This document shows, one piece after another, positions 1 to 11,839 of a DNA stretch of 37,249 nt. A program made the translations under genes and the position numbers. Source of the DNA: Octopus sinensis (taxonomy: Eukaryota); the NCBI RefSeq assembly GCF_006345805.1, contig NW_021835436.1, positions 1 through 37,249 on the forward strand, read 5' to 3'. Every line of letters starts with the position of its first letter. Within the stretch, counting starts at the first letter, position 1. Below the pieces are notes generated by a model. The model had not been told where the DNA came from and did not search any database. It saw only the letters and a program-made list of their open reading frames with translations.

Positions 1-91
1 GGGGAAGATTGTTTTGAGTGTTTGACATAAGAATCTGAACTTTAAGCCAGCTTGACATGTCATTTGCTTTCTTCCTCCTTTCTCTCTCTCC

Positions 92-845
92 TTGTCTCTC
101 TTTCTCTGGATTTACATACACACACATGCGTACACGTGCACACACGCACACATGCATACAGACAGACACACACACACACACACACTTTCTCTTTCTCTGG
201 ATTCACGTACACACACACATGCACACACGTGCACACACGCACACATGCATACATACTCATGCACACACAGACAGACACACACACACACACACACTTTCTC
301 TCTTTCTCTGGATTCACATACTCACACACATGCACACACGCACACATGCATACATACTCATGCACACACACAGACACACACATACACAAACACACACACA
401 TGCATAAACATATATACATGCATACACGCACAAGCATACACCCACACATGCATACAGACACACAGATATACACACATGCATACACACATATACACAGGCA
501 CAGACATACACACACACATGTAACAGGCACTGACACATACACATGCATACACACACATTCACAGGCACAGACACACACACACATGTACACAGTAACACAC
601 ATACACACACAGAGGCGGACACACACACACCACACACACACACACACACATGCATGCACACACATTCACAGGCACCGACACACACACACATACACACACA
701 CACACATACACACACACATACACACACACACACTTGGCACATGTACACAGTGACACACACACACACACACACACACAGAAGCAGACACATATACACACAG
801 ACACACATACACACACACATCATCATCATCATCATCATATACCAT
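92..845. repeat. Compound (CA)n microsatellite with a ~95-110 bp higher-order unit, ending in (CAT)n
   Basis: CTCTTTCTCTGGATT-anchored unit recurs at ~98, ~190 and ~300; the rest is degenerate CA/CATA. The His/Thr or Cys/Val ORFs are repeat translations. Confidence 0.95.
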
Positions 846-1098
846 CATCTTCAAATATGGTTCTTTCACGATGTCATGCACCGAATGGCTCCACAGGATC
901 TGAGTATAAATTAAGCTGCAGAGAAAGTCCAGCCACATTATACAAAGGACCATTCTGTGTCTATTTTTTCAATCCCTGGGCTAAAATATGCTTTAATTTT
1001 TCCCTTCTAATGTCAATACTTGTTTTTTAGATTAATTAGATTAATTAACACCAGTATTTCTGTTATATCGTCAGGGATGATATATGATGTGTGTGTGT

Positions 1099-1157
1099 TA
1101 TCATCTTCATCATCATCATCTAATGTCTGATTTCCATGCTGGCATGAATTGGACAGC
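1099..1157 (-). mobile_element. 3' end relic of an RTE-like element with (GAT)n tail
   Basis: (TCA)n followed by TAATGTCTGATTTCCATGCTGGCATG, homologous to the longer copy at 36241-36470. Confidence 0.5.
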
Positions 1158-1214
1158 TATAGTAGAAGATACTTGCTCAAGGTGCTATGCAGTGGAACTG
1201 AACCTGGAACCATG
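1158..1214 (-). mobile_element. Fragment of SINE family 1 (head/body)
   Basis: CTATAGTAGAAGATACTTGCTCAAGGTGCTATGCAGTGGAACTGAACCTGGAACCATG matches the minus strand of full copies in this window. Confidence 0.85.
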
Positions 1215-1230
1215 TCTATACATATATATA

Positions 1231-1326
1231 GCGAGACAACTGCGCTGGTATGGTCATGTGTTGCGAATGGATGAGGACAGCTGTGTGAAAAAGTGTCACA
1301 CCCTAGCATTTGATGGAATTTGGTAG
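1231..1326 (+). mobile_element. RTE-clade LINE fragment (ORF2 region C-terminal to reverse transcriptase)
   Basis: Translates ARQLRWYGHVLRMDEDSCVKKCHTLAFDGIW. The R.LRW.GHV.RM motif is characteristic of the post-RT region of RTE-type LINEs. Isolated, bounded by (TA)n. Confidence 0.8.
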
Positions 1327-1344
1327 ACATATATATATATATGT

Positions 1345-1552
1345 ATGTAAAGTTAATCCAAACATGAAAGCACAAAGAGAAAACACAACAACGCAAGGAC
1401 GTGGAACAAATATAGTATTATTGGACGCTCAGGAAAGAAGGAGGGTTTAACATTTCGAGCGGAGCTCTTTCTCGGAAACATAGGAGAAGGAAAGATCCAG
1501 AGAAGGGAAGACAGAGGAAAAAAAAAATCGCCAACGGTACACACACGGTCAC
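1345..1552 (-). mobile_element. Penelope-like element terminal fragment with a decayed hammerhead-like fold (1445-1479)
   Basis: Minus strand reads GTTT-CCGAGAA-A-GAGC-TCC-GCTC-GAA-ATGT-T-AAAC. Stems I and II and the GAAA box fit a minimal type I hammerhead; G8 is mutated. PLE assignment is inferred from this motif only. Confidence 0.5.
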
Positions 1553-1554
1553 AT

Positions 1555-1798
1555 TTATGTATGTATGTATATATGTATGTGTGTGTGTATATGTTGTGTG
1601 TCTGTGTTTCCCCCTCCCCAACATTGCTTCACAACCGATGCTGGTGTGGTTACGTCCACATAACTTAGCAGTTCAGCAAAAGAGACCAACAGAATAAGTA
1701 CTAGGCTTACAAAAAATAAGTCCTCGACTGAAGCTGGTGCTCCAGCATGGCCGCAGTCAAATGACTGAAACAAGTAAATGAGTAAAAGAGTAAAAGAG
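1555..1798 (+). mobile_element. SINE family 1, 3' half only
   Basis: Runs from the AT/GT linker to the CAGCATGGCCGCAGTCAAATGACTGAAACAAGTAAA(AGAGTAAA)n tail. Confidence 0.9.
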
Positions 1799-1989
1799 AT
1801 TGGTGAAACGTGTCGCACAGCTGCCGTTTCTTTTCACGACCGTATTGTATGTGTAGTGACATTAATGTTTACAAATATCATAAAATGTTATGAAGTCAAA
1901 AAAAAATCTATATAAATATCCTTTAGAATATTATAACAATAAAATGGAAGACTGTTAACATATATGTAATTCAATATTTATATATTTAT

Positions 1990-2584
1990 GCGTGCAAGTG
2001 GTGGCTGTGTGGTAAGAAGCTTGCTTCCCAACCACATGGTTCCGGGTTCAATCCCACTGCGTGGCACCTTGGGCAAGTGTATTCTACTATAGCCTTGGGC
2101 TGACCGGAGCCTTGTGAGTGGATTTGGTAGATGGAAACTGAAAGAAGCATGTCAAATACATACATACATACATGGCGTAGGAGTGGCTGTGTGGTAAGTA
2201 GCTTGCTTACGAACCACACGGTTCTGGGTTCAGTATCACTGCGTGGCACCTTAGGCAAGTGTCTTCTACTATAGCCTCGGGCCGACCAAAGCCTTGTGAG
2301 TGGATTTGGTAGATGGAAACTGAAAGAAGCCCGTCGTATATATGTATATATATATATATGTATGTATGTGTGTGTATATGTTTGTGTGTCTGTGTTTGTC
2401 CCCCCACCATTGCTTGACAACCGATGTTGGTGTGTTTATGTCCCCGACACTTAGTGGTTTGGCAAAAAGAGACTGATAGAATAAGTACTGGGCTTACAAA
2501 GAATAAGTCCCGGGGTCGATTTGCTTGACTAAAGGTGGTGCTCCAGCATGGCCGCAGTCAAATGACTGAAACAAGTAAAAGAGT
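1990..2584 (+). mobile_element. SINE family 1 head-dimer (A at 1990, A-B at 2174)
   Basis: Two tRNA-like heads (A box TGGCTGTGTGGT, B box GGTTCAATCCC/GGTTCAGTATC) 184 bp apart, one 3' half and tail. Probably related to the octopus OR1/OR2 CORE-SINEs (inference). Confidence 0.92.
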
Positions 2585-2637
2585 AACAATTCTCCCAGAA
2601 ACAATATCAGACATTTTGGTGGGGAAGGAGAATGTTG

Positions 2638-2682
2638 AATGAATCTGTCCCCATACTTAGTGGATATGGGGACAGATTCATT
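2638..2682. other. Perfect 18-bp hairpin, 9-nt loop
   Basis: AATGAATCTGTCCCCATA-CTTAGTGGA-TATGGGGACAGATTCATT. Confidence 0.95.
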
Positions 2683-3162
2683 GCCTTGTGAGTGGATTTG
2701 GTAGATGGAAACTGAAAGAAGCCCGTCATATATAAATATATAAATAGGTGCAGGAGTGGTTGTGTGGTAAGTAGCTTGCTAACCAACCACATGGTTCTGG
2801 GTTCAGTCCCACTGCGTGGCATTTTGGGCAAGTGTCTTCTGCTATAGCCCCGGGCTGACCAATGCCTTGTGAGTGGATTTAGTAGACAGAAACTGAAAGA
2901 AGCCTGTCGTTATATGTATATGTATATATATGTATGTGTGCGTGTATGTTGTGTGTCTGTGTTTGTCCCCCTAGCATTGCTTGACAACCGATGCTGTTGT
3001 GTGTTTACGTCCCCGTCACTTAGCGGTTCGGCAAAAGAGACCGATAGAATAAGTACTGGGCTTACAAAGAATAAGTCCCAGGGTCGATTTGATCGACTAA
3101 GAGGTGGTGCTCCAGCATGGCCGCAGTCAAATGACTGAAACAAGTAAAAGAGTAAAGAGAGT
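2683..3162 (+). mobile_element. SINE family 1: partial body plus a full copy starting at 2747
   Basis: GCCTTGTGAGTGGATTTGG body, linker, GGTGCAGGAGTGG head, full tail. Confidence 0.92.
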
Positions 3163-3434
3163 ATACCATTAACCATCTTCACTCACTTCTCTCCTACAAT
3201 ATCTCGATCCTCTCTGACACCCACTGTCTGGCAATCCGGAACACTTCAAGTCTCTGATCTTCATGTTGTATGACTTCGACAAACCTCTTCTTTCCTGCTT
3301 CTACTTTAACTATATGTGTGTGGGTGTGTGTGGGTGTGTGTGGGTGGGTGGGTGGGTGGTTATGTGTGTGTATGTATTCACGCATAGATATGTATATGTA
3401 TATATATATACACACAAACATATATATATGTACA

Positions 3435-3559
3435 TATATTGTATAGAGGGCATTATTACACATAAATGCCTCACACTATACTAGTATAATTTTGGTAGTA
3501 ATGACTTTGTCCCTCCTAGTGTGAGGATTTATGTGTATTAATGCCCTCTATACAATATA
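3435..3559. mobile_element. Small foldback/MITE-like element with ~44-bp inverted repeats
   Basis: Arms 3435-3478 and 3517-3559 are reverse complements with one substitution and one 1-nt indel; 38-nt spacer; TA-rich ends. Confidence 0.7.
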
Positions 3560-3719
3560 GATATAATTAATTTGGTTCAAAGAAAAAAATTATTTTCGAA
3601 TTCTTTCTTTTATGAGGTTTTCACGCTAGCTACCCGATAATTTCTTGTTAAGATCCCTTATTAAGAGATTATCCTTAATGTTAAACTATATGTACATATA
3701 TATATTTTTACATGCACAC

Positions 3720-3762
3720 ATATCTGTCTATCTATCATCTATCTATCTATCTATCTATCTAT

Positions 3763-3800
<38 letters not shown>

Positions 3801-3812
3801 ATCTATCTATTC

Positions 3813-3857
<45 letters not shown>

Positions 3858-3960
3858 AACTCTCTATCTATCAATCTATATATCTATCTATCTATCAATC
3901 TATCTATTTATCTGCCTGTCTATGTATGTATGTATGTATATATGTCTATCTATCTATCTA

Positions 3961-3996
<36 letters not shown>

Positions 3997-4017
3997 AATC
4001 TCTCTATCTATCTCTAC

Positions 4018-4067
<50 letters not shown>

Positions 4068-4126
4068 CTCTTTATATATATTTATACATGCACACATATC
4101 TATTTATCTATCTATCTGCCTGTCTG

Positions 4127-4195
<69 letters not shown>

Positions 4196-4208
4196 TTCTC
4201 TCTCTCTG

Positions 4209-4296
<88 letters not shown>

Positions 4297-4330
4297 CCTA
4301 TCTTTTTATCTCCTCTCTGTCTCTCTCTCT
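3720..4330. repeat. (TCTA)n tetranucleotide array
   Basis: Direct inspection; the YLSI ORFs are repeat translations. Confidence 0.97.
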
Positions 4331-5170
4331 GCACACACACTCACACAAACTTTCACACACACATTTGATGCACACATATGTTCAAAACATGTACAGATTT
4401 ACAGACACAATACACAGACATACGTACATCTTCACACACAAGTACCGCCTACGCCCCCACCCACATACACAACTGCTCCCATATACACAACACTATATGT
4501 ACCTGCATACATGAACACATTTACATACTCACACACACATACATAAATACACACAAACACACACACACCTCCATGCATATACACACAAAGGTATATATAC
4601 ACACGCACACACACACACACACATAGCTATATAAATACACTATACTCCACACACAACCATACAGTATACACACATTCAGATACAAACACTAATATACATA
4701 CAGATATACACACATTTATACACACACAAACTTATATACATACACATACATATATACACTATATATATCACATATACTGTATGCCACACACAACCATACA
4801 CTATACATTCATACATGTACCCAGACATACACATACAGACACACACACACATGTGTATGTACACCAACTCACACATATATTACGTACACGTATAACACAC
4901 ATTCATGCATAAAGATATACACACACATGTATACATACACCAACATACACAGACACACCCACATGCCCCACACACACTTTCCAACATACACACACACACT
5001 TACATGCACACTCACTCATACACACAAAGATATACGGACATGTATGCATACACCAATACACACACATACACACTAACATGCACGCCCCCATATATACACA
5101 TATAGATATACACCTATACATACTTACACACTGACACGCCCCCATGCACACTTACGCAAATACAGACACA
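4330..5170. repeat. Degenerate (CA)/(CATA) low-complexity tract
   Basis: Direct inspection. Confidence 0.9.
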
Positions 5171-5409
5171 CATTTCTTCTACTTTCACTTTCACATTTGC
5201 ACTGTTCCTCCTCACTCTCTTTTGCCTCCCCTTCCTCCTACGTCAATACTTTAAGTTGCAGTTAAAATATTGATCAGCTTACGTTCGAAAGGTGAAAGAA
5301 ATATATGATATTGATCTATTGATACAGTTACTGACTCACAATGATCTGTCTACTATCTCCACATTGCAGAAGATTGCTTGTGATGGTGGAGTGTTTGGCC
5401 TCTTGTAAT

Positions 5410-6268
5410 GTTGTTAATGTGTGTGGGTGTGTGTATGTGTGTGTGTGTGTGATTGTATGACAGTGTGTGTGTGTGTGTGTGCGTTTCTCTGTGTATGTCA
5501 CTGAATCTGTGAATGTGTATGTGTAACTGTGAAACTGACTATGTTTGTGTGTGACAGTGCATGTGTGTGTGTGTGAGACAATGTGTGTATGTATGTGTGT
5601 GTGATTGTATGACAGTGTGTGTGTACATTTCTCTATGTCACTGACTCTGTGAATGTGTATGTGTAACTGTGAGACTGAGTGTGTTTGTGTGTGACAGTGC
5701 ATGTGTGTGTGTGTGAGACTATGTTTGTATGTATGTGTGTGTGATTGTATGACAGTGTGTGTGTGTGTGCGTTTCTCTGTATATGTCACTGAGTCTGTGA
5801 ATGTGTATGTGTGACTGTGAAACTGAGTATGTTTGTGTGTGACAGTGCATGTGTGTGTGTGTGTATGTGAGACTATGTATGTGTGTGTGATTTTGTGTGT
5901 TACTGTGTATGTGTGGCATTTGAGTGTGTAAGTGTGGGAGTGTGTGATAGTGTATGTATGGATGTAACTGTGTTTGTGAGTGACTGTGTAACTGTGTGTG
6001 TGAGAGAAAGAAAGACTACGTGAATCTGTGTGTGTGTGTGTGTTTGTGTCAGTGTAACTGTGTGTGCGAGAGAGAAAGGCTGTGTGAATCTGTGTGTGTG
6101 TGTGTGTGCATGTGTGTATGTCAGTGTAACTGTGTGAGAGAGAGAGAGAGAGGAGAGAGAGAGATTGTGTGAATCTCTGTGTGTGCATGTGTGTGTGTGT
6201 GAATGTGTATGTATGTGTGTGTATGTGTGTATGTGTGTGTGAGTGTGAATGTGTGTGTGTATATGTGT

Positions 6269-6307
<39 letters not shown>

Positions 6308-7005
6308 TGAATGTGTGTGTGTATATGTGTGTGTATGTGTGTGTATGTGTGTGTGTATGTGTGTGAATGTGTGTGTGTGAATGTGTGTGTGTGTATGTGT
6401 GTGTGTGAATGTGTGTGTATGTGTGTGAATGTGTGTGTGTGAATGTGTGTGTGTGAATGTGTGTGTGTGAATGTGTGTGTGTGAATGTGTGTTGTGTGAA
6501 TGTGTATATGTGTATGTATGTGTGTGTGTATGTGTGTGAATGTGTGTGTGTGTATGTGTGTGTATGTGTGTGTGTGTGAATGTGTGTGTGAATGTGTGTG
6601 TGTATGTGTGTATGTGTGTGTGAATGTGTGTGTGTATATGTGTGTGTATGTGTGTGTGTGTATGTGTGTATGTGTGTGTGTGAATGTGTGTGTGTATGTG
6701 TGAGTGTGAATGTGTGTGTGTATGTGTGTGTATGTGTGTATGTGTGTGAATGTGTGTGTGTATGTGTGTGTGTGTGTGTAGTGTGTGTGTGAATGTGTGT
6801 GTGTGTGAATGTGTGTGTGTGTGAATGTGTGTGTGTGAATGTGTGTGTGTATGTGTGAGTGTGAATGTGTGTGTGTGTAGTGTGTGTATGTGTGTATGTG
6901 TGTGAATGTGTGTGTGTATGTGTGTGTGTATGTGTGTGTGTGAATGTGTGTGTGTGTGAATGTGTGTGTGTGTGAATGTGTGTGTGTGTATGTGTGTGTG
7001 TAGTA
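5410..7005. repeat. (TG)n complex with a ~140-150 bp tandem unit at 5440-5900
   Basis: GATTGTATGACAG anchor recurs at ~5451, ~5604 and ~5743; TG/TGAA/TGTA array downstream. Confidence 0.95.
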
Positions 7006-7321
7006 TATTTGGTCGAATTGGTAGAGGAGATGGCAATTAGAGTTATGTAGTATTTAGTTGCACATGCTCTGTATGGAACTGAGTTCAAATCCCCCCCCCC
7101 ATTATATAACTGGTACTTTATTATATCAACTCCAAAAGTATGACAGGCAAGGTTGGCCTTGACGAGGGTTTGGTACTAACTGGGAATTTTGAACCTTGAG
7201 GTCGCAAGTTCAAATCACACCCTCCTTCATTCTCTTAATATATACCAGTGGGCATAATAAAGACCCAGCACATTCTGTAAAGGGGTTGGCATTAGGAAGG
7301 GCATCGTTTTAAAAGGAACTC

Positions 7322-7722
7322 TCTCTTTTACTCTTTTACTTGTTTCAGTCATTTGACTGCGGCCATGCTGGAGCACTGCCTTTAGTCGAGCAAATCGACC
7401 CCGAAACTTATTCTTTGTAAGCCCAGTACTTATTCTATCGGTCTCTTTTGCCGAACCGCTAAGTGACGGGGGATGTAAACACACCAGCATCGGTTGTCAA
7501 GCAATGCTAGGGGGACAAACACAGACACACAAACACACACATACATATACATATATATACATATATACGACAGGTTTCTTTCAGTTTCCGTCTACCAAAT
7601 CCACTCACAAGGCATTGGTCGGCCTGGGGCTATAGCAGAAGACACTTGCCCAAGATGCCACGCAGTAGGACTGAACCCGGAACCATGTGGTTGGTTAGCA
7701 AGCTACTTACCACACAGCCACT
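7322..7722 (-). mobile_element. SINE family 1, near full length
   Basis: Reverse complement of tail, 3' half, linker, body and head (head end missing ~10 bp). Confidence 0.93.
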
Positions 7723-7929
7723 GAATTAAAACCTTCCAGAAAAATCTCCTATGAATTTATGTTCCAAATTCCAGTTTAATAATGACCAAGTAATTTTAAA
7801 AGATTCTTCGTTATTAGAAAAATTCATCATAACGAAGGCAGTGTTTTTTAATTGGAATTCGGTATCAAATGGGTTCGGCACTTTGATGGTGTGCATGATT
7901 TGAATACACAAATCCACAATAATCTAAAC

Positions 7930-8117
7930 CCTCTCTCTCACTCTCTCTCTCCCTCTCTCTCCTTCTCCACTCTCTTTCTCTCTCTATTCTTCTTTCGCTC
8001 TCTATCTATCTATCTATCTTTCCCTCTCTCTCCCCTATCACTCCTCTCTCTCTATTTCTATTTGTCTCTCTCTATCTCTCTCTCTCACTCTCTATCTATC
8101 TATCTCCCTTCTTTCTT

Positions 8118-8166
<49 letters not shown>

Positions 8167-8339
8167 TTTCTTTCTCTCTTTTCTCTATCTGTCTATATCT
8201 CTTTCTCTCTCTCTGTTTCTCTCTTGCTCTCTATCTATCTATTTCCCTCTCTCTCCCCCCTCTCATTCCCTCTCTCTCTATTTCTATCTGTCTTTCTCTC
8301 TCTGTATCTCTCTCTCTCTATCTATCTATCTATCTCCCC

Positions 8340-8374
<35 letters not shown>

Positions 8375-8520
8375 CTTTCTCTCTCTTTCTCTCCTTCTCT
8401 CTCCTTCTCTCTCTCCATCTCTCTCTCTCTCTCATGTTTTCTCTTCCTGTTTCCTTCACTAAATCCACTATTTCTCTTTCTCTCTACATCTCCCCTTCTC
8501 CCCATCTTCTCTCTCCATAT
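7930..8520. repeat. (CT)n/(CTAT)n polypyrimidine tract
   Basis: Direct inspection. Confidence 0.95.
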
Positions 8521-8596
8521 AAATCTTCCTCCAACTGAGTTATTACCTCCCTTGTAAAGGGGTTGGCATTAGGAAGAGCATCGTTTTAAAAGGAAC

Positions 8597-9035
8597 TCTC
8601 TTTTTTACTCTTTTACTTATTTCAGTCGTTCGACTGCGGCCATGCTGGAGCACCGCCTTTAGTCAAGCAACTCGACCCCGAAACTTATTCTTTGTAAGCC
8701 CAGTACTTATTCTATCGGTTTCTTTTTCCGAACCGCTAAGTGACGGGGACATAAACACACCAGCATCGGTTGTCAGCCAATGCTAGAGGGACAAACACAG
8801 ACACACAAACACACACACATACAACATACACACACACACACACGCATACATATATATATATATACATATATACGACGGGCTTCTTTCAGTTTCCGTCTAC
8901 CAAATCCACTCGCAAGACTTTGGTCGGCCCGAGGCTATAGTAGAAGACACTTGCCCATGGTGCCATGCAGTGAGACTGAACCCAGAACCATGTGGTTAGT
9001 AGGCAAGCTACTTACCACACAGCCACTCCTGCGCC
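8597..9035 (-). mobile_element. SINE family 1, full length, with a short tandem duplication of its 5' end (9042-9056)
   Basis: Ends AGCCACTCCTGCGCC-ATATAT-AGCCACTCCTGCGCC. Confidence 0.93.
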
Positions 9036-9119
9036 ATATATAGCCACTCCTGCGCCATAATCATTATTTCAAATTTAGTCTCAAGGCTAGCAGTATTCAA
9101 CGGAAAGCCTTACCCAATT

Positions 9120-9260
9120 ACATCCACCCTAGTACACAACTGGTACTTATTTTACCAACCACAAAAGTATGAAAGGCAAAGTTGACTTTGATGTGATTTG
9201 ATCTCAGAACTTAAGAGCCAAAAGAGATGGTCGAAAAAACACTGCCAACGATTCTCCCAG
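9120..9260 (-). mobile_element. SINE family 3, degenerate copy
   Basis: ACTGGTACTTATTTTACCAACCACAAAAGTATGAAAGGCAAAGTTGAC aligns with 16640-16690 and 16825-16870. Confidence 0.7.
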
Positions 9261-9312
9261 AAAAAAATCAGACATTTTAGTAGGGAAGGAGAATGTTGAA
9301 TGAATCTGTCCC

Positions 9313-9471
9313 CAGGAGTGGCTGTGTGGTAAGTAGCTTGTTTACCAACCACATGGTTCTGGGTTCAGTCCCACTGCGTAGCACCTTGAGCAAGTGTCTT
9401 CTACTATAGCCCCGGGCCGACCAAAGCCTTGTGAGTGGATTTGCTAGACAGAAACTGAAAGAAGCCTGTCG

Positions 9472-9506
<35 letters not shown>

Positions 9507-9726
9507 TTGTGTGTGTGTTTGTCCCCCTAGCATTGCTTGACAACCGATGCTGGTGTGTTTACGTCCCCGTCACTTAGCAGTTCGGCAAAAAGAGACCGAT
9601 AGAATAAGTACTGGGCTTACAAAAGAATAAGTCCCGGGGTCGAGTTGCTCAATTAAAAAAAAAAAAGGTGGTGCTCCAGCATGGCCGCAGTCAAAATGAC
9701 TGAAACAAGTAAAAGAGTAAAAGAGT
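9313..9726 (+). mobile_element. SINE family 1 inserted into a hairpin-forming segment
   Basis: Head starts CAGGAGTGG and tail ends AAAAGAGT. Flanks are the two halves of the sequence that is uninterrupted at 2585-2683. Confidence 0.93.
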
Positions 9727-9759
9727 ATACTTAGTGGGTATGGGGACAGATTCATTGAT

Positions 9760-10305
9760 CCTTCTCTCCCCTCTCTCTTTCTCTCCACTCTCCTCTCCCT
9801 TTCTCTATTACTCATCCTCTCTCTATCCCTCTTCATCTCTCTTCTTCCCTCCTCATCTCTTTCCCTCCCTCTTTCTCTCTCTCCTTTTCTCCCACCCTCC
9901 TCCCCTCTCTTGCTACCTCCCTCCTCCTCTCTGTTGCTACCTCCCTTCTCCTCTCTGGCTACCTTCCTCCTCCTTTCTCTTTCTCTCTCCCTCCTCCTCT
10001 CCTTTTCTCCCTCCCTCCTCCTCTCTGTTGCTACCTCCCTTCTCCTCTCTGGCTACCTTCCTCCTCCTTTCTCTTTCTCTCTCCCTCCTCCTCTCCTTTT
10101 CTCTCCCTCCTCCTCAATCTTTCTCTCTCCCTCCACCTCTCTCTTTCTCTCTCCTTTCTCCCTCCTCCTATCTCCTTTCTCCCTCCTCCTATCTCCTTTT
10201 CTCCTCCTTCCCCATCTCTCTTTGTCTCTCCCTCCTCCTGCTCCTGCTCCTGCTCCTCTCTCCTCCTCCGCCTCCTCCTCCTTCTCCTCTCTCCTTCTCT
10301 CTCAA
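9760..10305. repeat. CT-rich polypyrimidine tract with short internal tandem duplications
   Basis: CTCCTCTCTGTTGCTACCTCCCTTCTCCTCTCTGGCTACCTTCC occurs twice (~9925 and ~10018). Confidence 0.93.
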
Positions 10306-10333
10306 CTGGCTATGCAGTAAAATATCTCCTTAC

Positions 10334-10450
10334 ATGACAGCACCGCGGCTTCTTTTGTGAAAGCCCTGCAAAACGCCTTCCACAAGATGAGAGCGGAGCC
10401 GGTGTAGATGGGGGTGGAGAGGCGGTGGGAGGAGGGGGGGTCACCTGAAT
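10334..10450 (-). CDS. Candidate 117-nt exon, product unidentified
   Basis: Non-repetitive GC-rich island bounded by CTTAATCTTGTAG| and |GTAAGG. Two frames are open: IQVTPPPPTASPPPSTPAPLSSCGRRFAGLSQKKPRCCH or SGDPPSSHRLSTPIYTGSALILWKAFCRAFTKEAAVLS. No recognised domain. Confidence 0.25.
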
Positions 10451-10559
10451 CTACAAGATTAAGGGCCAGAACATCCAACTTCGTTCTTTTCCTTTCATGT
10501 ATACAACGTTTATTGGAGGCAAGAATGATGTAAAGTATTTATTGACAAATGTAGAAATA

Positions 10560-10624
10560 TACACACATATATATATGTGTGTGTGTGTGTGGATCTTATA
10601 CATACATGCATATATATATATATA

Positions 10625-10667
<43 letters not shown>

Positions 10668-10868
10668 AATATATATGTTGCATATATATATATATATATA
10701 TACATACATACACACATATATATACTTCTATAAATACTTCTTGGTGATGATAATGATACATATATACATACACACACATATATATATACATATACATACA
10801 TATATATATATGGATATGCATATACATATATGTATGTATATTTATATAGACATACATTATATATATAT

Positions 10869-10907
<39 letters not shown>

Positions 10908-11045
10908 TATATATGTGTGTATATATGTGTGTGTATATATATGTGTATGTGTATATATATATATATATATAAGAGAGAGAGAGAGAGAGAGATAAATATA
11001 TATATATATCTTTGTTTGGATTAACTTTATATATATATATATGAT

Positions 11046-11090
<45 letters not shown>

Positions 11091-11145
11091 ATATATATAT
11101 TCAGATATATTCAGATATATATATATATGTATTATATAATATGTG

Positions 11146-11206
<61 letters not shown>

Positions 11207-11230
11207 AAATGTATATATACATGTATATAA
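10560..11230. repeat. (AT)n/(TG)n/(GA)n compound microsatellite
   Basis: Direct inspection. Confidence 0.96.
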
Positions 11231-11644
11231 CATATGTATGTGTATACATTCAACTTGTGAAGTTGTAATGCCACAGGTTTCTGGTTTATATAGCATCAAC
11301 TCAACCACTTTCATCTGTCGATACGAGATCAATATTGATTGAATCTCCAATATATCCATGGGGGTAACTGGCTTTTGATGTTGACTATACTTTTATGTGT
11401 GTATATGAGTGATCACACACACGTATGTATGGAAAGAAAGAGATTAATATATGTCTGTATGTCAGTATGTACGTGTCCATATGTATGTATATATAATATA
11501 TAAATGTGTATATATAGATGCTTGCTGTTTTTCTTCATTGCTTCATCTACCTGTGTGTGTGTGTGTGTGTATATAGATATGCACATATGCTAACATGGAA
11601 AATGGATGTTAGACACAAGAACTCTCAGTCTCTCTTACACACAC

Positions 11645-11683
<39 letters not shown>

Positions 11684-11839
11684 ACACAGACACATAAAAG
11701 AAATTTCTGCTAATACATTTAAAACTTGTACATGGTCTGTTTAGGATAAAAGAAACAATTGACCCTAGGGAAGTGGAAGTTTAATGATAAAGCGGGAGAG
11801 GAGGGGAGGAGATATATCATGGCATATGTGGATGACAGT

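Noticed and set aside
52-1030. His/Thr-rich and Cys/Val-rich ORFs up to 233 aa
   Set aside because: Translations of (CA)n/(TG)n, which lack stop codons by composition.
1804-1830. GAAACGTGTC, resembling the 3' half of a Penelope-type hammerhead
   Set aside because: No CUGANGA/CCGANGA core or stem II upstream (a SINE tail occupies that position), so no fold can be built.
3645-4546. YLSI-repeat ORFs of 206-289 aa
   Set aside because: (TCTA)n translation.
5328-7088. 586-aa and 378-aa HT-repeat ORFs
   Set aside because: (CA)n translation with no unique domain.
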